DNA from: the human T2T-CHM13v2.0 reference genome, Homo sapiens
Direction: 5' to 3' (one strand)
DNA: 64,000 nucleotides
Assembly: GCF_009914755.1 (NCBI RefSeq)
Contig: NC_060930.1
This document shows positions 36,766 to 52,314 of the stretch, piece after piece; the first letter of the stretch is position 1; the number at the start of each line of letters is the position of its first letter. The translations under genes were made by a program, and so were the position numbers. The notes beneath the pieces were generated by a model that was not told the DNA's origin, searched no databases, and was given only the letters and a program-made list of their open reading frames with translations.

Positions 36766-36812
36766 CAGCCTGGGTGGAGACTCTGTCTCAAAAAAAAAAA
36801 AAAAAAAAAAAA
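36766..36812 (+). mobile_element. Extremely 5'-truncated Alu (24-nt body plus polyA)
   Basis: cagcctgggtggagactctgtctc(A)n between perfect 14-bp TSD aacctctgaggatt. Confidence 0.9.
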
Positions 36813-37490
36813 AACCTCTGAGGATTGTCAGTAGAGGTGGAGATGGGACCTTCTGACCACAGCGCTGGGGAGTCAGAGGGTGGAGGGGCAGCTGGTCAAA
36901 TGGTGAGTGGTGAATGGGTCTCGATGCAATTCTGGATAAGTCTGGATAAGGACGGTGGGTGCAGCCGCGGCTCTGGACCAGGGTGGCAGGGTGTGGTACA
37001 GGGCCAGAGGGCAGTGGGCAAGGAATGCAATCCTGGCTACTCCAGGTTACTCTCTCACAGCGGGAAGGGACTAAATGTAGGAGGTGAGGGGAGGCTGGGT
37101 TGGATTAAATGTTCAAGTTGACAAAGTAAAAAGAAAAATTCTCTGCATAATTATTAATAGTACAGAATGTTTTCAAAACTGTGCTAATGATCATAGGAAC
37201 ATTTTAAATGTAGCTATGGTCTGTTGTAGCTAGATGACGATAAACTAAATGGAATATTGGCCTTTTGTGTCGTTACTTGGGAATGAAAAAAAAAAAAACC
37301 CAACAACCAACTCTTCAAGACAGCTGTCATCCTTGTGTTTTTATTTTACTTTTCTTAAGGGTTGGGCCACAGTGACTCTACCATAGCTTTCCTCCCCTGA
37401 TCCCACTGGGGAGTCCCTAGGATTTTGAATGAGGTGAGAACAAGATTTGACAAAAAGAATTAGTGTGTAATAACACAGAAGGAGAGAATA

Positions 37491-38087
37491 AAGGTTGAAG
37501 ATTCCTTATCTGAAATGCATGGGACCAGAAGTGTTTTGGATTTTGAATTATTCAGATTTTTGAATATTTGCATATACATAATGAGATAGCCTGGGGATGT
37601 TTCCCAAATCTAGACATGAAATTTGTTTATGTTTCATAGATACCTTATATGCATAGCCCGACGGTAATTTTATATTCGAAAGAATTTTGTGCATGAAACA
37701 AAGTTAAGGTACATTGAACTGCTGCCAGAAAGCAAAGGTGTCACTATTTCTGCCATCCGTGTGAACAATCTGTGGTTGTATACTATCACCATTATTCCTT
37801 AATTCGTATGATTACCAAAAAGTGATCATTTTCTTACACTTATTCATATGACATACTATCAATACACTGAAAAAATAACGTGTAGCGAAGCAACAGCATA
37901 GCATCCCCCGAATACCCACATCAGCTGTTAAACCACGCCAACAACAGACAGGGCAGGTTTTCAGTCTCCACCTGCAATGCTGTGTTTTGACTAGAAGCGT
38001 CTGCATTTTGACTGTGACCTGTCTCACGAGGTCAGGTGCAGAATTTTCCACTTGCGGTGTCATGTTGGTGCTCAAAAAGTTTCAGAT
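37491..38087 (+). mobile_element. Tigger4/Zombi (MER46-type) internally deleted DNA transposon
   Basis: aggttgaagattccttatctgaaatgcatgggaccagaagtgttttgg start; ctcaaaaagtttcagat end. Confidence 0.8.
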
Positions 38088-38623
38088 CCTTCATAATAAT
38101 TGGGTTGGGGCGTGAGGCATGGGGGATGGAGCTTCCTGGGGTGGCTTGAGAGGTGGGAGTGGGTGGAGCATTTGTTCAGGGACCTGACATCTCGGCTCAA
38201 ATTATATTACTCTGTGGCGTTCCAAAAATCAATAAATGTGGGTGTCATCCTCTTCCCACCCTGCACCATCTACAGTCATTTTCTCATTGAGGTTTTAGTT
38301 ATTCATCCTTACGAAATAATAGGTAATAAAATGCCTATGGGAAATATGTTGCTAATTCCATGCCGAAGTAATTAAAATTAAAGGTCTGAAATGCTTTCAG
38401 TAGAAGGAAATTCTGCAATTATGGCTTAGGGGGAAGTACAAAGAATTTAGGCCTAGTAATTGTAATTTGATGCTAATTGGTATGGACTTTCTAATTTGTT
38501 AACTGAGAGAGGTGGGGATTGGTTGCTGGGTGGACAACTAGGAGAACAACAAAATCCTGAAAATATAACGTAGGTCAAACCCTTAGTCACATCCCTGCTA
38601 CTCAGTGTTTGAAATTCACATCC

Positions 38624-38931
38624 TTTTCTTTTCTTTTTTTTTAGACAGAGTCTTGCTCTGATGCCTAGGCTGACAGTGCAGTGCAGTGGCACGTGATTGT
38701 GGCTCACTGCAACCTCCACCTCCCAGGTTCAAGCGATTTTCCTGCCTTAGCCTCCCGAGTAGCTGGGATTACATGCGTGTACCGCCATGCCTGGCTAATT
38801 TTTGTATTTTTAGTAGAGACGGAGTTCTGCCATGTTGTCCAGGCTGGTCTCGAACTCCTGACCTCGGATGATCCACCCTCCTCGGCCTCCCAAAGTGCTG
38901 GGATTACAGGCATGAGCCATAGCACCCGGTC
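38624..38931 (-). mobile_element. AluS
   Basis: Dimer; TSD gaaattca(c/t)atccttttct. Confidence 0.93.
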
Positions 38932-40002
38932 GAAATTCATATCCTTTTCTACAAATTCCTTTTATTTCACATACATAACGTTTATGAATACATTTGTCAT
39001 AACTCATGCTAATTTATCAGTAATTCCCATAGTTTATTGTACATTGGGCTTGAAAAACAGGAAGCTGTTCTATAAACTCCTAAAGCATGTTCACTATTCT
39101 TTTTAGTGATAAGTAATTTTTTTTTTTTTTTTAAAGAACAGGAACCCTATAGGCTTAGCCTTAGGCTCAGCTCAGAAAAGGATCTATAATAACTTGACCA
39201 TTCAGAAGACTTCCATGCTAGCCTGGGGTTGGAGGAAGCCTCAATGCCCTAAATAATGTAATTGCTATTGATTTTAGAATATTAAGAAAATATTTTTAGA
39301 ATATTACTATAGATATTGAAGCACAGCAATCTCCAAGTCTCATTGTGCTGCCTTCTCAATTTTCCCTTTGACGTAAAATTTACTCACTCAGTTCCTAGAG
39401 AAATATTTTTTAAAAAGGGTTTCAGTATTTGTTAGTAACGGACATTGAGGCCTGGCCTTGGTATTACTGAGTCATCTTGTTAGCCTTTCGCTTGTTAAAA
39501 ATATTTCGAAGTTTTTATTAGTGCTGCTTACGATGGAAGAAAGCCTGCATTTCATGGCAACGATTAGAGAAACCAGGACGGGAGGAGAGAACTAACATTT
39601 ATTATTTAACTTTCTTAACTTGTCATAGGGCAGTGTGTCAGGTAATTGAAAGATATTTTCTCATTTTGTTTTCACAGAAGCCCTGGAGGGTGGGCGTAAT
39701 TGTTTTCATTTTGCAGGGGGGAAATTAGCTGTAGAGAGACAGGTAAGTGACCCAAACCCTACCAAGTGGCAGACCTGGGGTTTGCCTGTAGCGCCTCACT
39801 GGCCTATTGATTCATGTGGCTGGCATTCTTATGAATGAGCTCTTTCTACTTTGAAAACACACTTTTGGATTTAACAAGTAATGATGTAACATGTAACTGC
39901 TTTGCAATTAATCCTTGCTCAATATTGATTAATGGTGACAGTCTAGTGCTGTGGGAGGGGCTCTCTGATTGCTGACCTCTGACTTCTGCTTTCCAACTTG
40001 AC

Positions 40003-40281
40003 TTTTTTTTTTGAGACAGGGTCTCACTCTGTCACTCAGGCTGGAGTGCAGTGGTGCAGTCACGGCTCCTCCTGGGCTCAAGTGATCTTCCTACCTCAGC
40101 CTCCCAAGTAGCTAGGACTACAGGCATATGCCACCATGTTTGGCTAATTTTTTTTATTTTTTGTGGAAATGGGCTTTTGTCATGTTGCTCAGGCTGGTCA
40201 TGAACTCCTGGACTCAAGTGATCTGTCCGCCTAGGCCTCCGAAAGTGCTGGGATTACAGGTGTGAGCCACTGCGCCCAGCC
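40003..40281 (-). mobile_element. AluJ-like
   Basis: Dimer. Confidence 0.9.
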
Positions 40282-40946
40282 TCGAGTTCACTTTAATGAA
40301 AAAAGCACAAGTGACAGCTTGGCCTTTAGTAGCTGCCAGCATTAGGCATCCTTATCTGCTTTTCTCCTTGTACTCATGTCACGCATGGGACCATCAGACT
40401 TGGTGCTTCTCTGTGTCTTTTGTGGTTTCAGGCTTCCTGGTTTCTCTGTCATTTCACCCATGCTGTCCTCCTTATGGGGATCCTGGGCCTCCCTGGTTCC
40501 TCACGTCCAACTCGGACACATTCTTCAAGGCCAGGCCAGCCAGCAAGGCTTTCCAGCTCTGCCCTGACATCATCCCGCCTCTGTCTGAACTCCCACCCAG
40601 GAGAGGTGCTCTCATGCTCGGTGATCCTAACAGCCTCTGGCAGGCAATCTTTCCTGCTCCCAGTCTGCTCTCATTTAATGGGTGCAGCATCTGCCTTTAT
40701 CTCTCTGGAAGTAGATTCCACACACTCTTCAAATCCTTTTTAAAGTTCTGAAGTTTGTTTCATTACAGAAGTTGATGTTTTCCGTTAGGTGTGTTTTGTT
40801 TGCTTCTCCCTTTAAGCTGGATCCCAAATATATCTTCCTCTAGTTTGACTTGATGATCTTAGTGGTTATTGCTGCCTGAAATCCTGTTTCAGATACATTT
40901 AATGGATTTTCTTGTGTTTTTTGGTGTTTTTCTTTTTTTTTTGTAA

Positions 40947-41418
<472 letters not shown>

Positions 41419-41599
41419 TAATGCATAGTGCCTAGCACACCAACCTTGCTAGAAATTGGGACAAATGTTACTGTATGTGAAATGACTGACTTGTCAGCTA
41501 TAGTCAGTACAGCTGGGGGTTCAGATGTTCATCTTGTGAAACTTGGAGCTGACTCTTTATGGATCCTAGCATTTGCTTTGTTCAAAAAATTTCTAATAG

Positions 41600-41906
41600 A
41601 GGCCAGGCACAGTGGCTCACGCCTGTAATCCCAGCACTTTGGGAGGCCTAGGCGGGTGGATCACTTGAGGTCAGGAGTTCGAGACTAGCCTAGCTAACAT
41701 GGTGAAATCCCATTTCTATTAAAAATACAAAAAATCAGCTGGGCGTGATGGTGCATGTCTGTAATCCCAGCTTCTCAGAAGGCTGAGGTAGGAGAATCGC
41801 TTGAAACTGGGAGGCAGAGGTTGCAGTGAGACGAGACTGTGCCACTGCACTCCAGCCTGGTTAATAGAGTAAGACCTTGTCTCAGAAACAAAAAACAAAA
41901 AACATA
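41600..41906 (+). mobile_element. AluS
   Basis: Dimer; TSD tttct(a/t)at. Confidence 0.92.
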
Positions 41907-42358
41907 ACCCCAAAAGTTTCTTATGTGGATTTGCTGCTTGGATCGTTCTGATGATGGTAAAATGAAACAGGAACAGCTCTCTGACCCCTGGAAACTCTCA
42001 TGTGTTCCTTTCAACAAAATTCATTGATGAATCACAACCCAAAGTAGCCTTCTGTCAAGTGTTTTTCTCCCTTGCCAGAGAGGCACGTTATCCGCCCCGT
42101 GGCTGTCAGCTTTATCCTCCTTAGCATTGTTCAAAACCTTATCTCTGATGTCCATACCGCTGACACAGGTATCACAAGGGCCTTCTCGGTGGGCTGGTGC
42201 CTCTTTATCTCCCTTGGACTGGTTGTCAGTGGGAGGAAATGAAAACACTTACGGAGAGTGCTTAAGAGAGAATTTATTACAAAACTACATTTTGTGGGCA
42301 AGGTATATAACCACAGCTTTTCTTGTTCTGAGATATTTAGCTTTGGACAGAAGTTTAG

Positions 42359-42668
<310 letters not shown>

Positions 42669-42671
42669 GCA

Positions 42672-42708
42672 ACGTGGCATCTTCAAGTGCCACGTCAAAA
42701 ATGGCGCC
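42672..42708. promoter_or_regulatory. Candidate enhancer motif cluster: inverted ACGTGGCA pair (CREB3/ATF6/XBP1-type TGACGTGGCA on minus) abutting YY1-type AAAATGGCGCC
   Basis: Motif matches only. Confidence 0.35.
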
Positions 42709-43996
42709 TTTTAAGTTACCCAGAAAGTACAGTTAGTATGTTGCTATAAAGTAGCTTTGGAAATAATGCTTCCCATCCTGACCAACATCCCCAGTCTTGG
42801 GATGAACCTGTGAGATATCCCCAGAGGGCAGCGTGACAGTTGAAGTAGATCTTGAAATGAACCTTGCCTGGGATGAGCTCGATTCTTCTCTGGAGAGGTC
42901 TGTAGCACTCACTTTCTCAGCTAAGCTCATGCCTCTGAAATCATTGTTTCCTGGAGGTCCACAGTGAGGGGGCCAGTCAGGAAATATTTCTTTGTTTAGT
43001 GAATCGTTAGCTTTTGCTTTGTCTACAGGAAGGAAAAGTGTGACAGCTTTGAAAAAGAAAGAGGGTAAAATATTTTAACCACCCTTGGTGTCATTTGTGG
43101 CAGCCTATAGCATTAGAGCCTTTGAGAACAGATCTTTCCAGATTCTGCTTAAGTCCAGGGATTCTGTGACCGCAGAAATGACTGGCATCTCCATCTGCTC
43201 GTGCATCTGTTTGTTTCTTCCTTCATTGATTCACTCATTCCCCCCGCCCATGTACTTACAGTCATTCAACAATTATCTACTTTCAAGGCATTGGGAAAGG
43301 GATCATTGGTCACACTGTCTTTATTATAAATGAGTCTTCTGAAAAAAAAAAAAGCCACAATGTATTTTTCCCATAACATGCCACTTTTCAGAAATTATGT
43401 CTAGTCTTGGAATGAGGTAAAGTTACCGTTTGGAAAATGCACTTGGCTCAGTCAACTGAGCCCTGAGATAAAGCTAGGAGTCCCTGTCCAGCCATGGTTA
43501 ACTTCTAGGAACCATTCACACAGAGCCCAGGCAGGCAGAGGCTCCCTGAAAGCCACTTATTCCACAGGTACTTGTTGAGGGCTGTTTAAGCCACAGTTCC
43601 ATAGGGATGGCTCAGCCTCCGTGAAAGGTTTGAACACACTGCTTGATACAAAAGTGGTTGAGGAATTTGTTTGGTGCTTGCCCTTTCAAGTGATGTGTGA
43701 ATGTTTCTTTCTTGTTGTCAGGTCAGTAAATCTCTCGTTTTTTTTACCCCCTGACTTTCTCTTAAGGAGCACTTGAATCCCTCTTGTAGGGTAGCTGCTG
43801 CTTGCATTTTTGTTCTCGCTCAAGCCACCTTTTTCATCAGCTGTTGTGCCAATCTTCTGCCTCAGTAGTTATTCAGTGGTCCCCCATTTGGTTTTATTTA
43901 TTCACCTCTTTCATCCCTATCCTGCCTCAGTACTGAAAAGAAGCACTTTGCTCAATCTAAGGATGGGGTAAAGAAAAGGATAATATCGTACTAATA

Positions 43997-44644
<648 letters not shown>

Positions 44645-44885
44645 ATCGTAGAAGTGCAAGCTGTTCCTTTAGTGAATGGATAGATATCATGTCTTTTGGT
44701 AGTTCCTTTAGCTGTTAAAGTAGGGTATTTTGCCTATTGTAGAGAGAGAGCCTTACTATACTTGGAGCTTTTATTGGTGAAGTTAACTAGGTGGGAGGTT
44801 CTGACAGATGGTGAGGGATATGGAAGGGATAATCCAGAGTCCCTGCTACTTTTTAACACTCCCTCCCCAAAATCATTCTCTTCTA

Positions 44886-45318
<433 letters not shown>

Positions 45319-48300
45319 ATGGGCAAGACACTTATTTCATAGGAAGGAGGAAGAGGGAAGCAGGCATTTACTGCTGTGGCCACACAGCTGGTTTCCTGGC
45401 CCCGTGCAGCTTTATTTCTAATGTGCAATGTGATTGTCTGCCCCTGTTGTCCACAGGACTAGCCTGCTGCCATAAACATGGTGCATGTTGTAAATATTGC
45501 ACAAGCCTCCCCAGATACTAAATATGTGTAATTCTTGGGGCATGGATTGTGTGGTTCATTTGGAAGTGATGAGGAATTATTATATTGCTGTTCCCTAATG
45601 AAGAAAGTCACTTTGCCTGGTGAGTTTTGTCTGTCAACTGGATGAGGATCATCCCTCTGTCTGGAAGCCAGAATTCAGTGGCAGCTTTTAGATACCAATG
45701 CTAAGTCAATTTCTTTTGTCTTGGCAAGGGATGGCATAGTATTTCCAGAAGTAAAGTCTTATATGCTGGACAATGTGGCAACAGATGACATACGAAACCA
45801 GATAAATGTAGCCTTAGGGCTTCAGGGCAAATGCACCAAGAGAACCAGGCATAAACCTCCTGGCATTTTTTGGCCCAGCCCTGGAAATCCTAGTGTCACG
45901 TTGGCTGTACTATATAGGTTGAAGCAGAATCGAGGTGAAGGGGGCATAGGGCTGCCCACCTCCCCTTCCTAAGAGGAGTGTCAGAGAACTTACTGACCTG
46001 TTTTAAAACACGAATAGGATCCTAGTGGAGAAAGATCCATTCTGATCTACCTGGGGCACTGCATGTAGGTAATTTCTGTGGTGTGAGTGTTACTATTCTT
46101 GTATTTGAGTCTTACTTGAAGACAGGGATAGGGGCCACTCTGGTGGGGTAGGAGCCACTTCACAGCCTCTTACCCCCACCCCCAACCATGTTCCCCACCA
46201 CACGTGTTGGGACTAATGGCTTGCTTGTGTACAGGCAAGATCAGAAGCAAGCTGTGTCACCATCGTATTTCCAGCACTTAGCATAGTGACTTGAACAGAA
46301 TAGATATTCAACAAATACTTCTTGAATTGAATGTCATTAACTAAAAAATAGTGCTAACTTTTGTATCCTTGAGTTTTGTCACTGGATACGTGAACCCTTG
46401 TGGGACTCCCAGGAAAGACTTACTCTAAACAGGAGCCAGATTGACTGATGTGATCACCAGCCTAGGGAGAGCAGTGAACAAAATGGGTATACCTTGTTCT
46501 CCTTCTAGCTGGCCATTGATTTTTTTTGGTGTTTCACATGGGCTGTTTTATAAATAACAACGGTCTTTTTGTAACTTGGCTTACAGTACTCAGTAAATAC
46601 TGTGCTCCATGTGTATAGGAGTCTGTCCTTTGGGGAGGATAGACTGAAACTTGCTGTTTTCATTGTAATTAGTCATCCCTTTGTCATGAATGGCAGCTTC
46701 TCTCCCATTCTATAGTCTACTGGGTAACTCTACAGTTTTCCTTTGTTGAGTGCAGCATCTGATTCCATTAGTTCTTTGTGCAGGAACAGTGCATTAGTGT
46801 GGACGTGGGAGGCTGGTGAAAATTGTTATTTAAGGCATACCACATTATGATGTAGTCTTACCTAATGCCTTGGAATAAGAGTCACAGAATGGTTTGTTCA
46901 TTATGTCTGAAATCTCTACGGGCCCTGAGTGATGAGATAATAAGTAATCCACCTGTAAATGGAGACTCTGGAGGGCCCAGTTAGATCCTACAAACCTGGG
47001 TCACAGGAGGGGTTAAGGGAGATGGGAGTTACATTTCTCACTCCCAGTCCTGGAAAACATCCCACTTTCTGTATTGTTTTCTTACAAACATTGAGTCGAA
47101 TCTCTGAATTGATAAGCTGCCTAGCTGATAACGAGGCTAAAGTAAACCCAGCAACTTTAAAACATGTTTTAAATTCAGGGAGATGGTGGCTACAAAGAAG
47201 ATACAATTTGAAGAAGGCATGAATTTGAGAGAAAATTTTTAGTAACAAATGCATTCTACTTACGTAGAGGTGGGAGGCATGTTTGAAGGGCACAGGGTAA
47301 GTAGTAACTTTCTCTTTCCTTCCCCACCTTTTCTCATTGACCTGCATTGACAGTTGTGCTGCGTACTGTGGGCTTGCACACTGGTTCACCTGACAATGAA
47401 AGTTTTATAAACTCTGGGCACTCTGAACTTCACCCAGTCCTTGGCAGTAGGCTTCTAGATTGACTAATCATGTAGTATTTCTTAGATGTGGCCATTAAAA
47501 AAAAAAACAACTTTGTGATGTAGTTGAAGGTCTGGATTATATTCAGCTTTCGAGTAGGACATGGGGCAGAATCCCTAGCACTGTAAAAATAAAACCACTT
47601 TTCATCACAAAGCTCAAGGGAAAAGAATGTAAGGTGTGTTCATGTTAAATTAAAATTACACTGATGTCATGGTGCAAACAGGCAGCTCCAAGGCTGCGGG
47701 ACTGGCTGGTTTTCATGCTGATAAAAGCATGAGCCATCAGTCTTGATTGATGACTCTGTCCACACGTGGCACCTATGTGCTGTGAGAGATACAAGCACTC
47801 TTTGTGTAAGCAAAAGCATAGCATTGCTTGAGTTTTATTATAGATATAGTTTACCTAGCACCACCTTGGATCTCATAGACTCACATACTCAAGGTGCCCT
47901 GTTTGATCTTTCTGTGGTCACAAGATATTGCAGTCCCGGCCCACTGCAAATTCTCCCTTAAAATGGGACTTTCCCTGGCAGCGAAGCCCAGTCTCCACTG
48001 TTGAAAGAATAGCCACTTGCTGGATTGCAGTCCAGCTCAGGGAAGCTTCATTGTTCACGTGGCACTGGAGCATGTGAGGAACGCAGAGAGGGTCCTGAGG
48101 AAGGCGCTGAGATCCAAGGAAGAGCATTCTTGGAACCAGTAACTTGTCATTGCTGGAAACAGAGCTGTTGTAGCTGTTTGGAGATCTGAGTTCTAGTCTT
48201 AGCTCTTTCCCGCTGTCTACATGAGAGGTCTACTTGATCTTTACTGGACTTCACTTTCTTCATCTGCAAAGTGAACAGGGATGAAGTCAATGTGCTCTAA

Positions 48301-48332
48301 GCTTAAATATTCTATAATCCTGCTTAAAATCA

Positions 48333-48690
<358 letters not shown>

Positions 48691-48794
48691 TTAAGCTGCA
48701 GCTTCCTCTTTAACTCAAGTTATGGCGATATGATGGAAAAGCAAGCCAAGCCACATATTAATCACGTTGTATTAGCAATTTGACGAATCAGTTA

Positions 48795-49180
48795 TTTCAT
48801 GAACACATTTATTAAGCACCCATGAGTAAGGAATTGTGTCAGGCACCAGGGAAACAAAGTACTTCACTTTCAAAGCAGTTCTAGTAAAGGGGAAAGGTAA
48901 GTGAGTTCTAGTAAAGGAGACAAATGAGTGAAAAAGAAATAATTGCGAGGCAATTGCCTATATCAGAAAGAGTGGTGAGGTGAAGGAGGGAGCGATAACC
49001 CTGTGAGGTTCGGGGTATGATGGTAGGTGATCAGAGGAAGAGACACTTAAGCTGGGTCTTGAGGGGCAATTAGGAGTTCTCCAGGGAGGTGTTCCCTGTA
49101 GAGAACAGTATATGCAAAGGCATAGAAACCAAAAAACATGAAATCACATGGTATTTGGAATGAACATGTGGAAAGTTCTG
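48795..49180 (-). mobile_element. L2 3' remnant
   Basis: acatttattaagcacc...aagctgggtcttga...tatgcaaaggcataga. Confidence 0.6.
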
Positions 49181-49340
49181 TTATGTAACAGATGCTTGAG
49201 ATCCAACATTATTATCATTGGAAACATTAAAATATGGCAGATCTTATATTTTATAGTTTTCAGTTAGTAAATCATTTATGAGGCCATCAGTAAAATATTA
49301 CAAGTCTTGGTTTTTAAAGATTGTCAGTATGATGTATTTA

Positions 49341-49751
<411 letters not shown>

Positions 49752-49973
49752 TTAAAAGTTTTAAGTAAATATGGAATGTATTCTATAAGGTAGGCATTCT
49801 TGACCAGATATAACAAATCTCTGAACTAATTATGTCGCCTTGGTCAAATCACACTACCTCTTTGAGTTTTAAATTCTCACCTGTAGAATGAGGGAAATGG
49901 GTCCATCCCAATCCTGATATCCTATAAATGAAAACTGTTCTTTTTAGTATGCCAGGTTGTATAGGTGTATTTC

Positions 49974-50367
<394 letters not shown>

Positions 50368-50439
50368 TCAATAGTGACCATTTACACTGAAAGTCTAGTT
50401 GTGGTTTTTTGCTACTTTGAGTATGTCACATGTTTCAAG

Positions 50440-50620
50440 TAATTTATTAAGTATTTTATGTGCATTATTTCATTAAACAGTTAGAATAACCCTGTAGTGT
50501 AGATCATATTTCCATTTTATAGTTGAAGAAACCAGAGGCTCAGACAATCTAAATAACTGGGCTGAGCTCACTGAGGTGGTCATGGAGTGGCTGGGGTTTG
50601 AACTCCAATCTCAGTCCCCT
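50440..50620 (-). mobile_element. MIR
   Basis: ccattttatagttgaagaaaccagaggctcaga...ggtttgaactc. Confidence 0.7.
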
Positions 50621-50630
50621 TGCTCTAAGG

Positions 50631-50853
50631 CAAGCTTGTCCAACCCATGGCCTGTGGGCCACCTGCGGCCCAGGATGGCTTTGAATGCAGCCCAACACAA
50701 ATTCGTAAAATTTCTTTAAACATTATTAGACCTTTTTTGCAATTTTTTTTAAAAGCTCATCAGCTATCATTAGTGTTGATGTATTTTAGATGGCACCCAG
50801 GACAGTTTCTCTTCCAGTGTGACTCAGGGAAGCCAAAAGATTGGACATCCCTG
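50631..50853. mobile_element. MER30 (hAT-Charlie MITE)
   Basis: TIRs caagcttgtccaa / ttggacatccctg; degenerate 8-bp TSD ctctaagg / ccctaaag. Confidence 0.85.
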
Positions 50854-51082
50854 CCCTAAAGTCTGCATTCTTTATCAAGGACTGCATTCTGGGTTAAGGA
50901 CACATGGTTATTGCCATAAAACAGTATCTTGTTTACATCACAGAGTTAATATCATGCCTTCTAAAAAGGTAAGTCTCACTATGAAAGCAGTCTGTTTCAC
51001 ATTTTAAACAATGAAAAAAAAGAGGTACTTTCTGATGTGTTGACTAATGGACCATGAGTTTTAATATATAACCAGGTGGTAG

Positions 51083-51460
<378 letters not shown>

Positions 51461-51529
51461 TGAAATTCTGATCCTTTGGCACTACCCACTTGAGTTCTGC
51501 TCCAGAATCCGTAACAATGGCTCAAGACA

Positions 51530-51840
51530 TGGTGTTTCTTCGCTGATCCCTCTGCCTGGGGGATCATTTCTCTAAGTTCAAATACCATTCAGATTTCAGG
51601 CTAGTTGTCATTTCAGAGAGCCAATTCCTAATCTTCCAATTTAATTTAGCCACTTGTCACTCACTGTCTCATTACCCTATTGACTCTGCATTGCCTGTAT
51701 CACTCTAGGATATTTTTGTTATTTGTTTATTGAACTGTGTATTTCCACTTGAATGGAGCTCAGTGAGAGCGAGATTTTCTCTCTCATTCACCGCTTTATT
51801 TCTAGCATCTGGAGTAGTGGCTTGGTCACAGTAGGCTTGC
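51530..51840 (+). mobile_element. L2 3' remnant
   Basis: attcaccgctttatttctagcatctggagtagtggcttggtcacagtagg. Confidence 0.6.
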
Positions 51841-51965
51841 TCTGTCTGTCAATCATCCATCCATCCATCTGTCCGTCCGTCAGTCTGTCTGTCCATCCAT
51901 CCATCTATCCATCTCCTGTCTAACTTATCTATATTTATTTCTCTCTCCCCTCCCTCCATCCATTC
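51841..51965 (+). repeat. (TCCA/TCTG)n low-complexity tetranucleotide tract
   Basis: Direct observation. Confidence 0.8.
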
Positions 51966-52223
51966 TATCTTCAAATGGCTTAGTCATGACATTATGAAAT
52001 GAAGCAGTAAATCTACAGTAAATCTGCTTCTCCAGTTAGGATGTGGGAAGACCTTTTTTCCTTTATAGTTAATCACTTAACTCTTGATTTCTCTTTCAGA
52101 TTCTTCCTTCTTGTATCAAGCCCAAGATACAACAGAATGCTGAGAAACTGAGCTTCAATTATAACAATCTGATTTTGAAAAATTATTTCTCACTGCCTCT
52201 GTGTTTTTGTTTTATTTTGCCAG

Positions 52224-52314
52224 GGCTCTGTGTATGAATGACAAGGATACCTTCAGCCAGCTCATTCTGGATGAATGAATGATTACACTAAGTGTCCTCC
52301 ACATTCCTCTGTGG
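52224..52314 (+). other. TIAM2: Non-coding 5'-UTR exon (91 nt), probably of TIAM2 (Rac1 GEF)
   Basis: Acceptor tttttgttttattttgccAG ends at 52223; donor GG|GTAAGT starts at 52315; unique non-repeat sequence. GGCTCTGTGTATGAATGACAAGGATACC...CATTCCTCTGTGG matches my recollection of the TIAM2 mRNA leader (not verified by search). Confidence 0.8.
52234..52282 (+). promoter_or_regulatory. Two overlapping 14-aa uORFs (MNDKDTFSQLILDE* 52234-52278; MTRIPSASSFWMNE* 52238-52282)
   Basis: Read directly from the exon; translation not demonstrated. Confidence 0.5.

Noticed and set aside
43010-43070. Acceptor-like cttttgctttgtctacAG at 43028 with a possible 36-nt exon
   Set aside because: The only nearby donor (GG|GTAAAA) is weak and there is no other support.
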